From an uncultured Methanosarcinaceae archaeon (GTDB taxonomy: Archaea > Halobacteriota > Methanosarcinia > Methanosarcinales > Methanosarcinaceae): DNA of 57,637 bases. Position 1 is the first letter of the stretch. Every line of letters starts with the position of its first letter. Both the position numbers and the translations under genes were made by a program. The DNA is taken from positions 1 through 57,637 of the forward strand of contig CAVRJG010000066.1 of NCBI GenBank assembly GCA_963721455.1, written 5' to 3'. The notes under the pieces were generated by a model, which ran no database searches, was not told the DNA's origin, and saw only the letters and a list, made by a program, of their open reading frames with translations. Positions 32,696-44,448 of this stretch are shown here, piece by piece.

Positions 32696-35399
32696 ATGGT
32701 CAACGTGGAAAAAACAAGCCAAAGCATACTCAGGAAATTTGATCCCTCAGAACTGAAGGACTACGAGAAGAGAAAAATAGTTTTCTGGTACGACAGGGAC
32801 AAAACCGCCTGGGACCAGGAGAAGCAGGCTCCCGGAGAAGAGCTTGAAGAAATAATTCAGGTCCTGGAAGGGCAGGCAATCAAATTCCATATCCTTGACA
32901 ATAACTATTTTGAAACAAAAAAGCTCCTTGAAATCGAAGACCTTGAGTCAAATTACCTTATCTACTGCCCGGAAAAAGAAAGGACACACGAAGATAACTG
33001 GCTTTTTGATATCCAGCTCTATTCGTCCAGATTTGAAAACAGCCGGATTTCGGACATCAAAAGTGAGTTTGAGATCGATGGGCATGAACTGGACGACTTC
33101 TTCACGAAATACGAGAAATTCTTTGGCAACCAGAAAGAGAGGGTCCAGCCCTTAAAGAAGCTCCACCAGCGGGACTGGCGGGAAAAGGAGTTCATTCTGG
33201 GCATGCTGGCTGTTTTTTCAAAGACACAGGCCCTTGATTTCAAACTGATTGTAAGGGACACCATGCTGAAATCCCTGGATGAAGCTGAAAACTCCGTCTG
33301 GGAAAATATCTCAAAGTTCGGGCTGGAGGAGAACTTCTGGGAACTGGCAGAAGAGGACTTTGGGTTTTCGGCAAAAAATCCTACCCTGAAGAAGCTTTTC
33401 CTGAGTTTCCTTATCACACACATAAAGCGGTATTCCGGAATTTCCCTGGCAGGCTATGACCAGTATGTTGACCGGAAGGAAAACGAGTGCCAGATCTTCC
33501 TCAAGCACTGGATGGACAGCTCACGGGATTCCAAAATGTTTGAGAAATATACCAAGGAAATGCTTGAAGAAAATGGTCAGGATCTGGAAAAGAGCCTGCA
33601 GGCAGAACTTGATAAACGTGATGTGCAGACATATCTTGAAGCTGAAGCCGTGGAAACCTTTGACAAGGTTGTAATCCTTCAGATACTCAAATCCCTGAAC
33701 AGTCCTGTAGATTCAACAGTAGAGGACTTCAAAAACCATCTTGCCTGGATCGATACCCGCCGGACAAAACACTGGTTTTCCGAATACGAAAACATCTACA
33801 ATGCGCTTGAATATGCGGTTAAGCTCTTCCGGTTTGCCCGGGAATACTATGATAATCCAAAGACAGCTGACGCGCTTGAAAACACTCCGCAGTTTGTACG
33901 AGTTGTTCAAAGCGTATGCTGAGACCTACTACCAGATCGATTATCTCTACAGGAAATTCTACTATTACTATGATAAAGAGCAGGAAAAGGATATCCTGAA
34001 GAAAAACCTCAGGCCTCAGGTCGAAAAACTCTACACCAACAAGCTGCTCGGAAAACTGTTATTGAAATGGAGCAGCCTTATTGATTCCGAGCTCAATGGA
34101 CAGTGGAAGATTGAGCTTGCGGACAGCCAGAAGGACTTCTACAAACTGCATGTAAACAGGATTCTGCGAAAAGATGAAAGGAATAGAGTTGCAGTTATCA
34201 TTTCCGATGCACTGCGTTATGAAGCAGCTGTCGAGCTCTTTGAGACCCTGAATAAAGATACATGGGGACTTGCTGAGCTCGAGTATATGGCAGGTGTTTT
34301 ACCTTCATACACTAAACTCGGAATGGCAAGTTTACTCCCTCACAAAGCGCTGGAATACAGAGGAAAAGAAATCTTTGTGGACGGCATAAGTTCCGAAGGG
34401 CTTGAAAAAAGGAACAAAGATCCTGCAGAGAAAATGTGCATGACTCACTTGCACTGAATTATGAAGACTTCATTAAATTCAGCCGGGAAGAGGCAAGAGA
34501 ACTGATCAAAGGAAAAAGAGTCCTTTACATATATCACAATAAGATAGACTCGACCGGGGATAAGCAGTCCTCGGAAAACAGCGTATTCAATGCCGTGGAA
34601 GAAACAGTTTTCGAAATCAAGAAGCTGGTCAAGCATTTGAGTGATACCCTAAACACAACAAATATCATTGTCACAGCGGATCATGGTTTCCTGTACAGAA
34701 GAGACGATATGGAAAATGTGGATAAGGTAGAAACCTCATCGTTTGACAAAACCCGCATAATTGATACCACAAAGAGATTTATCCTGAGTGACCAGGAGCT
34801 TGCACCGGATAATTCACTTGAATAACATACACAGCTTTGACATGCGCCATATGCTCGGGCAGGGACACTCGCCCCTTTTTGCCTATGTCCCAAAAACCGA
34901 CCTCAGATTCAAACTCCAGGGAGGCGGGCTCAATTTCGTACACGGAGGAGCCTCTCCTCAGGAGATTGTCATTCCGGTCCTAACGTATAACCATCGGCGG
35001 AATGAAAAAACCCTGGAAAAGAAAGGCATCAAATACGGCAAAGTCAACGTCTCGGTAATAAATGACCGGAAAAAGATCACAAGCAGCAAGTTTAAAGTAA
35101 AGATTTTCCAGACCGAAAAAGTGACTGATAAGCTGAAACCCCGCACCTTCAGGGCTTCACTCTGGGATATTGACGGTGAACAGGAAAAAATGGTCAGTGA
35201 CGAAAAAACCGTTATTGCCAACAGCGAATCCGATGAGCCTGAAGAAAGGCAGTACACTGTAATGCTTACCCTCGGGAACAGTTTAGAAAATAAAACATAT
35301 TACCTGAGATTGATTGATGAAGATACAAATGAAATCAAAGACATTGCCCGGATTCCATTCGAACTTAACCTTTTGATCGGTGATTTTGATGACTTTTAA
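32696..35399 (+). CDS. pglZ: BREX-1 PglZ alkaline-phosphatase-superfamily protein (several frameshifts)
   Basis: KIVFWYD, ISDALRYE, LPSYTKLGMA, TADHGF and FVHGGASPQE motifs across four ORFs. Confidence 0.9.
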
Positions 35400-35462
35400 C
35401 TTGAAAAGGTGAATCAGGCACAAAGGTTCTGGAATAAAAAAAGTTTGTAGGGACAGGATAAA

Positions 35463-37511
35463 ATGGTTGAAGCAGATCTCGAAACAGTAAGCCTTGAAAC
35501 AGACCGAAAATTAAACCAGTACTTTTCCGGCAGGGTTGTGCGGAAAGACCTTACAAAACTGCTGAAGGTCGGGCACAACGTCCCTGTCTACGTGCTGGAA
35601 TACCTGCTTGGCTCCTACTGCGCAGATGAAGACGAGGATGTAATCCAGGAAGGCGTCCAGAAGGTCAAAAATATCCTGTCCCAGAACTATGTGAGGTCTG
35701 ATGAAGCCGAAAGGATCAAATCAAGGATCAGGGAGACCGGATACTACACCATTATCGATAAGATCACGGTCACGCTCAATGATAAAAGAGACATCTACGA
35801 AGCTACGTTTTCCAACCTTGGGCTCAAAAACATTGAGATTGACTCTGATTATGTCATAAAATACGATAAGCTACTGGGCGGCGGAATCTGGTGCATGATC
35901 AAGATGGAGTACTCTACAGAATCAGCTTCTTCGCCATTCGTCATCTCCAGCCTGAAACCTATCCAGATCCCTAATATGAACATCCAGGAGATCCTGGTGG
36001 AAAGGAAGAACTTTACTAAAGATGAGTGGATTGACGTCCTTATGAGAAGCATTGGGATGGAGCCCACCCAGCTTGAAACTCCCATCAAATGGCATATGCT
36101 CGAAAGGCTCGTTCCTCTTGTCGAAAATAACTACAACCTCTGCGAACTCGGCCCGAAAAGCACAGGAAAATCTCATGTTTACAAGGAAATATCCCCAAAC
36201 ACCATCCTGATCTCCGGAGGGCAGACCACGGTTGCAAACCTCTTCTACAACATGTCCACCCGACAGGTAGGGCTTGTGGGGTTCTGGGACGTTGTGGCAT
36301 TTGACGAAGTTGCAGGAATCCGTTTCAAAGACAAGGACGGAATCCAGATCCTCAAAGACTACATGGCCTCCGGCTCTTTTGCAAGGGGAAAAGAGCAAAA
36401 GAATGCAAATGCGTCAATCGTCTTTGTTGGAAATGTCAACCAGAGTATAGAGTCCTTAATAAAGACTTCAAACCTCTTTTCTCCCTTCCCGGACGCCATG
36501 AACAGCGATACCGCCTTTTTCGATAGGATGCACTACTACATCCCTGGCTGGGAAATCCCGAAGTTCAGGCCTGAACACTTTACAGACAGGTATGGATTCA
36601 TAGTTGACTATATTGCAGAATTCTTCCGGGAAATGAGGAAGCGGTCCTACGCTGACAATATAAACAGGTTCTTTAAGCTCGGAAACAACCTGAACCAGCG
36701 TGATGTGATTGCCGTTAAAAAGACCTTCTCAGGCCTTATGAAACTCATCTACCCGGATGAGAATATCACCAGAGAGCAGGCTCAGGAGATCCTTGAATAC
36801 GCACTCGTAGGTAGAAGGCGTGTGAAAGAGCAGCTGAAAAAAATCGGAGGAATCGAGTTCTTCGATGTGAATTTCTCCTACATTGACAATGAAAACCTGA
36901 CAGAAGCCTTCGTGTCCGTGCCCGAAAGCGGCGGAAACAAGATTATCCCCGCAGGCATCACAAAGCCCGGAGAAGCCTATGCAGTTGCTGCTACGGAATC
37001 TGGCAAGATCGGAGCCTACAAGTTTGAAGTCCAGGTAGTATCCGGCTCGGGAAAATATGAAAGATCAGGCACAGGTTCAAATTCTCAGGCCAAAGAGTCA
37101 ATAAAAACAGCTTTCAATTACTTCAGAGCCAACGCAAAATCCATAAGCCAGAGCATCTCCGTAAAAGAAAAAGACTACTTTTTGCACGTCCAGGACCTTT
37201 ATGGGGTGGGCATGTCCGAAGAACTCGCCCTTGCAGCCTTCATCAGTCTCTGTTCAGGAGCAATAGAAAGACCGCTTCAGGAACAGACTGCCATTCTCGG
37301 AAGTATGACAATCGGAGGGTCTGTAGCTGTACTTGAAAATCTTGCTGGCCTTTTGCAGGTCTGCCTTGATGCTGGGGCAAAGAGGGTTCTGATTCCGATT
37401 GCTTCCGCGGGGAAGATTGCGACAGTACCTCCGGATCTTTTCAGCAAGTTCCAGATTTCGTTTTATGAAGATCCGATAGATGCAGTGTACAAGTCGATGG
37501 CATTGATTTAA
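35463..37511 (+). CDS. brxL: BREX BrxL (AAA+/MCM-like domain with a Lon-like C-terminus)
   Basis: RVVRKDL, ELGPKSTGKSH, VAFDEVA, AFFDR and a Lon-like tail; intact ORF. Confidence 0.93.
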   Translation: MVEADLETVSLETDRKLNQYFSGRVVRKDLTKLLKVGHNVPVYVLEYLLGSYCADEDEDVIQEGVQKVKNILSQNYVRSDEAERIKSRIRETGYYTIIDKITVTLNDKRDIYEATFSNLGLKNIEIDSDYVIKYDKLLGGGIWCMIKMEYSTESASSPFVISSLKPIQIPNMNIQEILVERKNFTKDEWIDVLMRSIGMEPTQLETPIKWHMLERLVPLVENNYNLCELGPKSTGKSHVYKEISPNTILISGGQTTVANLFYNMSTRQVGLVGFWDVVAFDEVAGIRFKDKDGIQILKDYMASGSFARGKEQKNANASIVFVGNVNQSIESLIKTSNLFSPFPDAMNSDTAFFDRMHYYIPGWEIPKFRPEHFTDRYGFIVDYIAEFFREMRKRSYADNINRFFKLGNNLNQRDVIAVKKTFSGLMKLIYPDENITREQAQEILEYALVGRRRVKEQLKKIGGIEFFDVNFSYIDNENLTEAFVSVPESGGNKIIPAGITKPGEAYAVAATESGKIGAYKFEVQVVSGSGKYERSGTGSNSQAKESIKTAFNYFRANAKSISQSISVKEKDYFLHVQDLYGVGMSEELALAAFISLCSGAIERPLQEQTAILGSMTIGGSVAVLENLAGLLQVCLDAGAKRVLIPIASAGKIATVPPDLFSKFQISFYEDPIDAVYKSMALI

Positions 37512-37596
37512 TTTCTTAGAGCGTGTCTTAAAATTAAATAATCCTTGTAACCAGATTGTTCGTTCATGCCAAAAATAAATCGCAGACTTCCTTATC

Positions 37597-37766
37597 CTAG
37601 TGCATCGAATCCAAATTATGGGGATAAAAATGGACTTTGAAATCAACACTTGTCAAAGAGTTTCCCATAAAAAACTACAGATGGACACGGGTAAACACGA
37701 ATTGAAACCTTTGTTCATCTGTGTTTATCCTGGGTTTATTGAGGATATATGGAATCGATGCACTAG
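37597..37766. mobile_element. IS630-derived MITE (170 bp) abutting the IS630
   Basis: TIRs CTAGTGCATCGAATCC / GGAATCGATGCACTAG; shares its CTAG with the IS630 left end. Confidence 0.85.
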
Positions 37767-39010
37767 TGCATCGATTCTGAATTATATGCATAAATCATTA
37801 TATTAGTAAGACTATAAATGTACTTATGCCTCGCATAAGTCTTCGTCCCAAATTATCATTTACTCAACAAGAGTTAGACTATCTGACCAAGTTAAGTCGT
37901 TCTAGAAATCAAATTGCAAGCATTGTTGAAAGATCCAAGATTGTACTTTTGAGCTATCAGGGAAAAAACGATACTGAGATCTCCAGAGAGTTGAAAGTAG
38001 ATTACAAAACTGTGAGAGAATGGATAAAAAGGGTTTTGGATCTTGGAGTTAAAGAAGGCCTGGTAGACAAATCAAGAAGTGGAAGACCTCAAGATATTAG
38101 TGCTGAATCACGAGCTTGGGTAGTCTCACTTGCTTGTATGAAACCAAAAGATCTTGGTTATCCTCATGAAATATGGACTCAGAGGCTCCTTGTTGAATAT
38201 ATCAGGGAGAATTGTATCAAAGAGAAACATCCTGATTTATCGAAGATAAATCAGGGGACAATTTCAAAGATTCTCAATGCAAGCAAAATAAAACCACATA
38301 AGATTAGCTGTTACATTGCTAAAGTTGATCCCGATTTTGATCAAAAAGCAGCCAATGTCCTGGATACATATAGAGAGTCTAAAAGACTAAGTGAAAAAAA
38401 GAAAAACGAAGAAATTAAAACAGTGATTATTTCTTACGATGAAAAACCAGGTATTCAGGCAATTGGAAATGTTTATCCAGATCTTATGCCAGTAGAAGGG
38501 CATTATTCTACAATAGCAAGAGATTATGAGTATAAAAGACATGGGACTCTTTCACTATTAGCTGGAATTGACTTGATATCTGGGATAATTTATTATAAAG
38601 TATTTGAGCAGCATAGAAGCTGCGAATTCGTTGAATATCTCAAAGGACTTGAGTCAACATACTTAGAAGAAAAAATCATAATTATACTGGATAATCTAAA
38701 AATTCATACATCAGAAGAAACTCGGGAATACCTGGTCGACGGTTCCTGATAAATGTGAATTCGTATTCACGCCCAAACATTCTTGTGGTTGAATATTATT
38801 GAGAGTTTTTTCAGTAAAATGGTGAGGAGCTTGTTGAGAGGAATAAGAGTAGACTCAATGAATGAATTAAAAGAAAGAATTAGTCAATATATAAACCAGA
38901 TTAACGAAAAGCAAGTTCTATTTACGTGGAGATATAAAATGGAAAAAATGGATGAAATGCCTGGTGGAATCACAGTCTAAAAGGGCGTTAATTAGGAATC
39001 GATGCACTAG
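37763..39010 (+). mobile_element. IS630 family insertion sequence
   Basis: TIRs CTAGTGCATCGATTC / GAATCGATGCACTAG flanking a transposase. Confidence 0.9.
37826..38980 (+). pseudogene. IS630 transposase (frameshift at ~38735)
   Basis: HTH plus SYDEKPGIQA, YKRHGT, ILDNL..H and WLNIIESFF (DDE motifs). Confidence 0.88.
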
Positions 39011-39601
39011 TCTAACCCGTCGGGCACCTGTCTTGCCCTCTGGAAATGTGATTACTGCTCCATATTCATCAAGTTCCACGTTTTTCAGTTTAACTGCTAA
39101 CTGTTCGCCTCTTCTTGCTCCAGATTCATAGAAGCATGAGATTATGGCTCTGTCCCGGCTATTAGTACCGGCTTCAATCATTTTGAGAATTTCTTCCTTT
39201 CCCTTAATATCTTCAGGGAGCTTCTGTCCTTTGAGTCTCTTGCACTTGATTTTTTCATGAAGTTCATAATTTTTGTTCCATTTTAAGAACTTCTTAAAGG
39301 ATACTTTTCGAGTCTCTTTTGTTGGATCAGAGTATTTCTTTACCTTGCCTGCCCTATCTGTATAAGTATAATTCTCTAATGCATCAAAAAAAAGATACAG
39401 GTCATCCTCTGTAAGTTTCCCCAAATCACATTCATTAAGAGCCTTCGCTATCCATATCATATTCTCCATATGGTTTAAGGCAGTTCTTTCTCTGTTCCCT
39501 TCATGCCTCAAATATCTAAAGTACTTTCTCAAAATTTCCCGGTTACATTCTGAAAGCACTTCGCAATTTAAGAAGTTTTCAGCATCCACTAATTTGAACA
39601 T
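39007..39601 (-). pseudogene. Tyrosine recombinase/integrase, C-terminally truncated by IS630
   Basis: RDRAIISCFYESGARRGE (box I) and GKTGARRVRL; box II (HxxR/Y) is absent. Confidence 0.88.
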
Positions 39602-39626
39602 AACATATAATGGATTTGTTCCTAAT

Positions 39627-39665
39627 ATGCATGAGGTACTCAATTTTGGTGCCTCAGAACTCATA
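39627..39665. repeat. GTGCCTCA motif pair (putative integrase binding/att site, right)
   Basis: TGAGGTACTCAATTTTGGTGCCTCA imperfect inverted pair just upstream of the integrase start; homologous to 18820-18865. Confidence 0.6.
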
Positions 39666-39768
39666 GGGCTCATCATGAAATCAGCCAAATTTTTCATCAC
39701 AGGCACTTGATTTATGTTCAGACAATATGCACGGTTAATATAAAAAATATATTTCAGAAAAATCTTTT

Positions 39769-40434
39769 TCAGTTTTTGCCCCTGAGCTCGGCCTCGATCT
39801 CAACAGCAATCTCGCGGGCAGCCTCTTTTGGGGATTCTGCCTTGTAAATGCTTCTTCCCACGATCACCCAGTCTGCGCCCGCAGCAATCACATCTGAAGC
39901 TTTCCCACCCTGTGCACCCACTCCAGGCGAGATAATAGTAAGTTTGTCTCCGATAATTTTTCTTATCTTCTTTACTCTTTCCGGTCTGGTCGCCGGGGCA
40001 ACAAGGCCGAAAGCTCCTGCTTCAGCAGCCATCCTTGCAATCGTTTCTGCGGCGGGCTGCATGAATTCGGCTCCGCCGGGGTGGCTCATTTCACTTACAA
40101 CGAACACGTCTTTCCTGTACTCGGAAGCAACTTCAATGCAGGCATCAAGGCTGTCCCTGCCTGTGAAGCCCTGGACGATGACTGCATCGGCTCCTGCTTC
40201 AAAGACCTGCTCGCAGATAAGGCGGTTGGTATTGGGAATATCGGCAACCTTGAAATCGGCTATGATAGGGGCAAATTCAGCAAGCTCCCTGATAATCCCG
40301 AGCCCTGTAGCAAGTACAAGAGGGTAGCCTACCTTTATAGCATCCACAAATTCCCAGACATCTTCTGCAATTCTAATCGCTTCTTCCCTGTCGGTAACAT
40401 CCAGGGCAAGAATCATACAGGTATTCCTTTCCAT
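39769..40434 (-). CDS. pyrF: Orotidine 5'-phosphate decarboxylase
   Basis: [23 protein letters not shown] and IVGRSIY motifs. Confidence 0.96.
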   Translation of the reverse strand: MERNTCMILALDVTDREEAIRIAEDVWEFVDAIKVGYPLVLATGLGIIRELAEFAPIIADFKVADIPNTNRLICEQVFEAGADAVIVQGFTGRDSLDACIEVASEYRKDVFVVSEMSHPGGAEFMQPAAETIARMAAEAGAFGLVAPATRPERVKKIRKIIGDKLTIISPGVGAQGGKASDVIAAGADWVIVGRSIYKAESPKEAAREIAVEIEAELRGKN

Positions 40435-40438
40435 TAAA

Positions 40439-41392
40439 TCACCTCTTTGAAAGGCGCGTCCGCACAGCCGCAACCATGAACGGGAGAGTAATAGTCGCAT
40501 CTGCGTACACAGTCACTGATTTTGCGTTTTCCCCTACCTTCCCCCAGGACTGGGCTTCATCAAGGGTTGCGCCGCTCAGGCCGCCTGTCTCAGGGCGATC
40601 CATTGTTAACTGGATTGCATAGTCAAAGGACTTCGGGGTTACAAGCATGGACTGCAGGATATAGTTTTTGGGAACTCCCCCGCCAAGCAGCAGGGCACCT
40701 GCACTTTCAGCCTCATAGCAGATTTCCATGAACTCGTGCATATCAGCAAAGGCGTCTACATGTAAAGGATTTCCTTCTTTGTAAAGCCAGGCCTGAAGCC
40801 CTATAACCGAGTCCTGAAGAGCTGGGCAATACACTGGCACACCCATTTCCGCTGCAGTTTTCAGGATCGAGGAGTCATCATTGAGGTTTTTCCCGATTTC
40901 GGTAAGGACCTGCCGGATAGAAAGTTTTTCCTGCGGAAGCCCGGCATAAACGCCCTGTAAAAATTCTTCAAGATCTGTAAAGTGCTGGTCAGGAAGATAA
41001 ACATCGTAAATCCTGTCAATGCATTCATGCCTTAGCTGGATATCGTTTGCACAGTCTGTGCCCTTATAATGGTGAAGGCCCAGGGCTTCAACAATGTCAT
41101 GCACCATATTGGCTCCGGTTGTGACAAGGACATCGATATGGCCGTCGCGAATCAAATCCGCAACAATGTTTCTCATGCCTGCCGGAGTCATTGCCCCTGC
41201 AAGCCCGAAAAATTTCGTAGTTTTCTCGGAAGCCAGCATCTCATAGTAGATGTCCACGGCCTCAGCCAGCCTGCCTGCTCCAAAGGCACAGCCGCCGTAT
41301 TCCATTAAAAGCTCGTCTACGGTCATATTCGCAACTATCTTTGCACCTTTGACTGGAGTTGAAAGTTTTTTGTTAGAAGTATTAAAATCCAT
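40439..41392 (-). CDS. dys: Deoxyhypusine synthase
   Basis: [15 protein letters not shown] and [16 protein letters not shown] motifs. Confidence 0.95.
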   Translation of the reverse strand: MDFNTSNKKLSTPVKGAKIVANMTVDELLMEYGGCAFGAGRLAEAVDIYYEMLASEKTTKFFGLAGAMTPAGMRNIVADLIRDGHIDVLVTTGANMVHDIVEALGLHHYKGTDCANDIQLRHECIDRIYDVYLPDQHFTDLEEFLQGVYAGLPQEKLSIRQVLTEIGKNLNDDSSILKTAAEMGVPVYCPALQDSVIGLQAWLYKEGNPLHVDAFADMHEFMEICYEAESAGALLLGGGVPKNYILQSMLVTPKSFDYAIQLTMDRPETGGLSGATLDEAQSWGKVGENAKSVTVYADATITLPFMVAAVRTRLSKR

Positions 41393-41559
41393 TCCATTTC
41401 CCTCATGAAAAGGTATGATAGGACCATATCTTTGAGAATTATTAATTTTAGATTATTTTTGAACCGATAATGGATTACCTGAAACACATAGTATATGATA
41501 AACTTTCTCTTTATACATCCCTGCCGAAATGTGCATGTGCAATAAGCAGGAGCATCGGG

Positions 41560-41647
41560 CTAGTGTCGCGTCAACTGCAAAATGTCACATAAAATCGATT
41601 GCAACTATTCAGAATCGTTATATCTTTGAGGATTGACGCGACACTAG
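41560..41647. mobile_element. 88-bp MITE with perfect 15-bp TIRs (second CTAG-bounded, IS630-like family)
   Basis: CTAGTGTCGCGTCAA / TTGACGCGACACTAG. Confidence 0.85.
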
Positions 41648-41947
41648 AATACAATCACGTAATATTAATACCCCACAAGATTAAGATGTTAAGAACATGT
41701 CTGTTGAACCGTTAAATAACGAACTGATAAAATACGAAAATATAGGGATCTCATTTGATAATCGAAAGGTCCTTTCGGGTTTCAACCCTTCTGAGCGCAA
41801 CCCTCAGCATTCTCGCAAGCTTCAGGACAGCCTTTGACGAGTACGGACTCGTAAATAAGGAGCTGTACGGGAAAAATGCCTGAAAAAAAATTATGACTAT
41901 GAAAGTGCAAAAGGTTGAGAATACTCCCTACTTTAACTGGGGGTGAT

Positions 41948-42340
41948 TCACGCGTACCCTGTGATATTCTGCCCTATTGGAGTGCTTTTTCTTATGCAAT
42001 CTTCTCCGTAATCGACCATATTCTCAATCGCAGTTTTCAATATGGAAGGATAGATCTGTCCTACCTGTTCCCATACAGGCCTTCCGTGACAGAAAAACTT
42101 GAACGTAGGCGTGCCCTGGACTCCGTACCTTTCTACAGTCCAGGGATTTGTTTCACTATTCATTCGGGCAAAAACTGCCGAGTTCTTGAATTCCTGTGCA
42201 TAGTCCATAAAATAAGGTTCCATCGCCTTACAATAAGGGCAGGTCGGACTGTAAAACATTACAATAACCGGTTTTAAAGAGTCTTCTACGAGTTGCCCCC
42301 AGGTCGTATCCTCAACTTCAACTACATTGTTTTCGTTCAA
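41948..42340 (-). CDS. Thioredoxin family protein
   Basis: FYSPTCPYC active site and YGVQGTPT cis-Pro loop. Confidence 0.9.
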   Translation of the reverse strand: MNENNVVEVEDTTWGQLVEDSLKPVIVMFYSPTCPYCKAMEPYFMDYAQEFKNSAVFARMNSETNPWTVERYGVQGTPTFKFFCHGRPVWEQVGQIYPSILKTAIENMVDYGEDCIRKSTPIGQNITGYA

Positions 42341-42385
42341 TCAATTACCCCCGAAATTATGGAATGAGTTAATGGAATCAAGTTA

Positions 42386-43327
42386 GCGAACTACCCCTGA
42401 GCTAAAGACTCAGGGGCTTCCCCCAAGTATTTACGTCACTTGATTAATAGTATCGCTACTACTAACCATCGGTAAACCTGTTTGTAGATTACCAACAAGT
42501 TGTTGGTAGCTTGTCCACAAAGCATTTTGTGATAGGAAACGTTTCATGATGTTGATCGCACTATTTCTGTCTCTATCAATTACATTTCCACAATCGCAAG
42601 ACATAATTATTTCCCAAAGAGGCATATCATGTTTTGCTCCACAGATACAGCACTCTTTGGAAGTATAGCTCTCATCAATCCTTATTATTTTCTTACCTAC
42701 AAGTTCTGCTTTATAGATTAAGAATTCGATGAAGCGGGAAAGATAACCTTGATTCTGAGTAGATCTATTCAAAGATTTCTTTGCTTTTCCTTTTTGTTTT
42801 TTAGATTGAGCCATCTTTTTGACTTTCAAATCTCCAATAATAATGGTATTAGCTTTCGTATGTCAATCATTTTTCGGGAAAGCTTATGTTGGAAATCCTT
42901 TAATTGACTAGATTTTTTTCATTCCATTTTTCGATAAGTTCTATGTAGTCGAAGGTATCTTTTACTCTTTTTAGAACCTTTCTTTTTACCTTTACAATGA
43001 TCCTTCGGGATTTGATAGATTTCTTTTTAAGTTCTGGAAGTTGGTTTGCCTGCTCTACATATTTTATACTTTTTTCCAGTGTTCCATGCATCTTTTCTTT
43101 CAGCAAGAGCCAGATTATAGAGGATTTTGCATTGATCCCAAAGTTTCCAGAGAATATCCTTATGTTCTTCAGTAGGATATATTTTAACTTTCGCTGTCAG
43201 GTGCATTTGTTCTTCCCCCAGATAATAGGGGTTTATAAGTTAATATAGATTATCAGCTTATTTTATTAAGGCGGGTTGGCGTTTATATCCCCAAAGCTAA
43301 AGACTTCGGGGTTTTACGCTTCTTCCT
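42386..43327 (-). mobile_element. IS200/IS605 element 3, internally deleted
   Basis: Right end GCGAACTACCCCTGAG-CTAAAGA-CTCAGGGG hairpin; left end CCCCAAAG..CTTCGGGG hairpin; TTTAT outside the left end on the minus strand. Confidence 0.8.
42431..43206 (-). pseudogene. tnpB: TnpB pseudogene, paralogue of 1269-2516
   Basis: MHLTAKVKIYP start; large internal deletion; C-terminus RIDESYTSK and DRDRNSAINI. Confidence 0.88.
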
Positions 43328-43505
43328 ATAAAGAAGAAAGAGAAATAGAAAAGAATTAGAAAAAAGCTGGTGAACAGAACTGGAAAATCAGTTCTGTTTT
43401 TCTCCGGTTATATCAAATCATCTCGGACACTTGAGCCCGGTTTTTTGCCCATGAACTAAAAAGTTCAGAGCAGGAGAGAGAACAAGTTTCACAGATAAGT
43501 TTTCC

Positions 43506-43853
43506 TCAGACTCTTTCTTCTTCATCTTCAGGGCTCATTATATCGCAAAAACATGTGCTGCAGACGTATTTATCATCAAGACACGTTTCTTTAAAGTCGA
43601 GTTTGGGGCCGCCCGGTTTTGTGGTTGCTTCCCTGAGTACATAGAACTTTTCGTTAAATTCGACTGGCTGTCCGCATCTCGAACATACAAAAGGTGGATT
43701 TTCAATCGAATCAATTGCACACTCAATGCATATCAGATCGGACTTATCCCCGTGAACATCTTTGAACTTTATTGGTTTCATATCCAGGCTGGTATCCACG
43801 ACCAGCACGTCTTCCAGCAGTTTCTGACCACAAATATTGCAGCACTCTTTCAT
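43506..43853 (-). CDS. Double zinc-finger (4x CxxC) hypothetical protein
   Basis: GGAGG SD; CNIC, CIEC, CSRC and CSTC motifs. Confidence 0.75.
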   Translation of the reverse strand: MKECCNICGQKLLEDVLVVDTSLDMKPIKFKDVHGDKSDLICIECAIDSIENPPFVCSRCGQPVEFNEKFYVLREATTKPGGPKLDFKETCLDDKYVCSTCFCDIMSPEDEEERV

Positions 43854-44448
43854 CGTGTCGCCTCCTTTGTTAAGAGGATTTCTCACCAAACCATGTACTG
43901 AGCCTACAAAAGGTTTTAATGTATCCGTGTTTGCACTCAATCTTATTCCCCATTTTCAGCTTATTATCCATACTCATACCGAACCGGGCTATTTTGAGGT
44001 GTCCAATCCGGCTCAGTCTTTCACACCATTGAGCTGTGTATCTCACTCTGCCGACATTTGACCTGCCAGCATTTCAGTCTTGAGAAGATAGGTCCAGAGC
44101 TGGAAAAGCAAACAATGAAAACAACTACATTTTAATTTTTTTTAAAGTGTGGTCTCGGGAATACTTTCAGCATTTGAATCGAAACAATGTTAAAAGACAC
44201 TTAATAAAATACGTTTTAAACCGCTTTCTAGCCTCTGGTTTTAGCTTCCCTATGTAAATATATGTCTTAAAACTATATACAGTTATTGATTTTAATCAAA
44301 ATTGAGTGAATGATAACATGGATATTGATGATAAAGACAGAAAAATAATAAAAAGTTAGTAAATAAAGAGAATAAAACAAAGAATTTTATTGATCCTTGA
44401 TCAATACATAAGATGGGTAAAGAAGATTATTCAAAAGGGTTTGAAAAA

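Noticed and set aside
18820-39665. Integron with attC cassettes
   Set aside because: No attC-like hairpin arrays between genes, and the integrase is truncated before any IntI-specific region could be assessed.
38918-39706. 262-aa full-length integrase as given by the ORF track
   Set aside because: The tail reads into the IS630 end, box II is missing, and the likely start is 39601.
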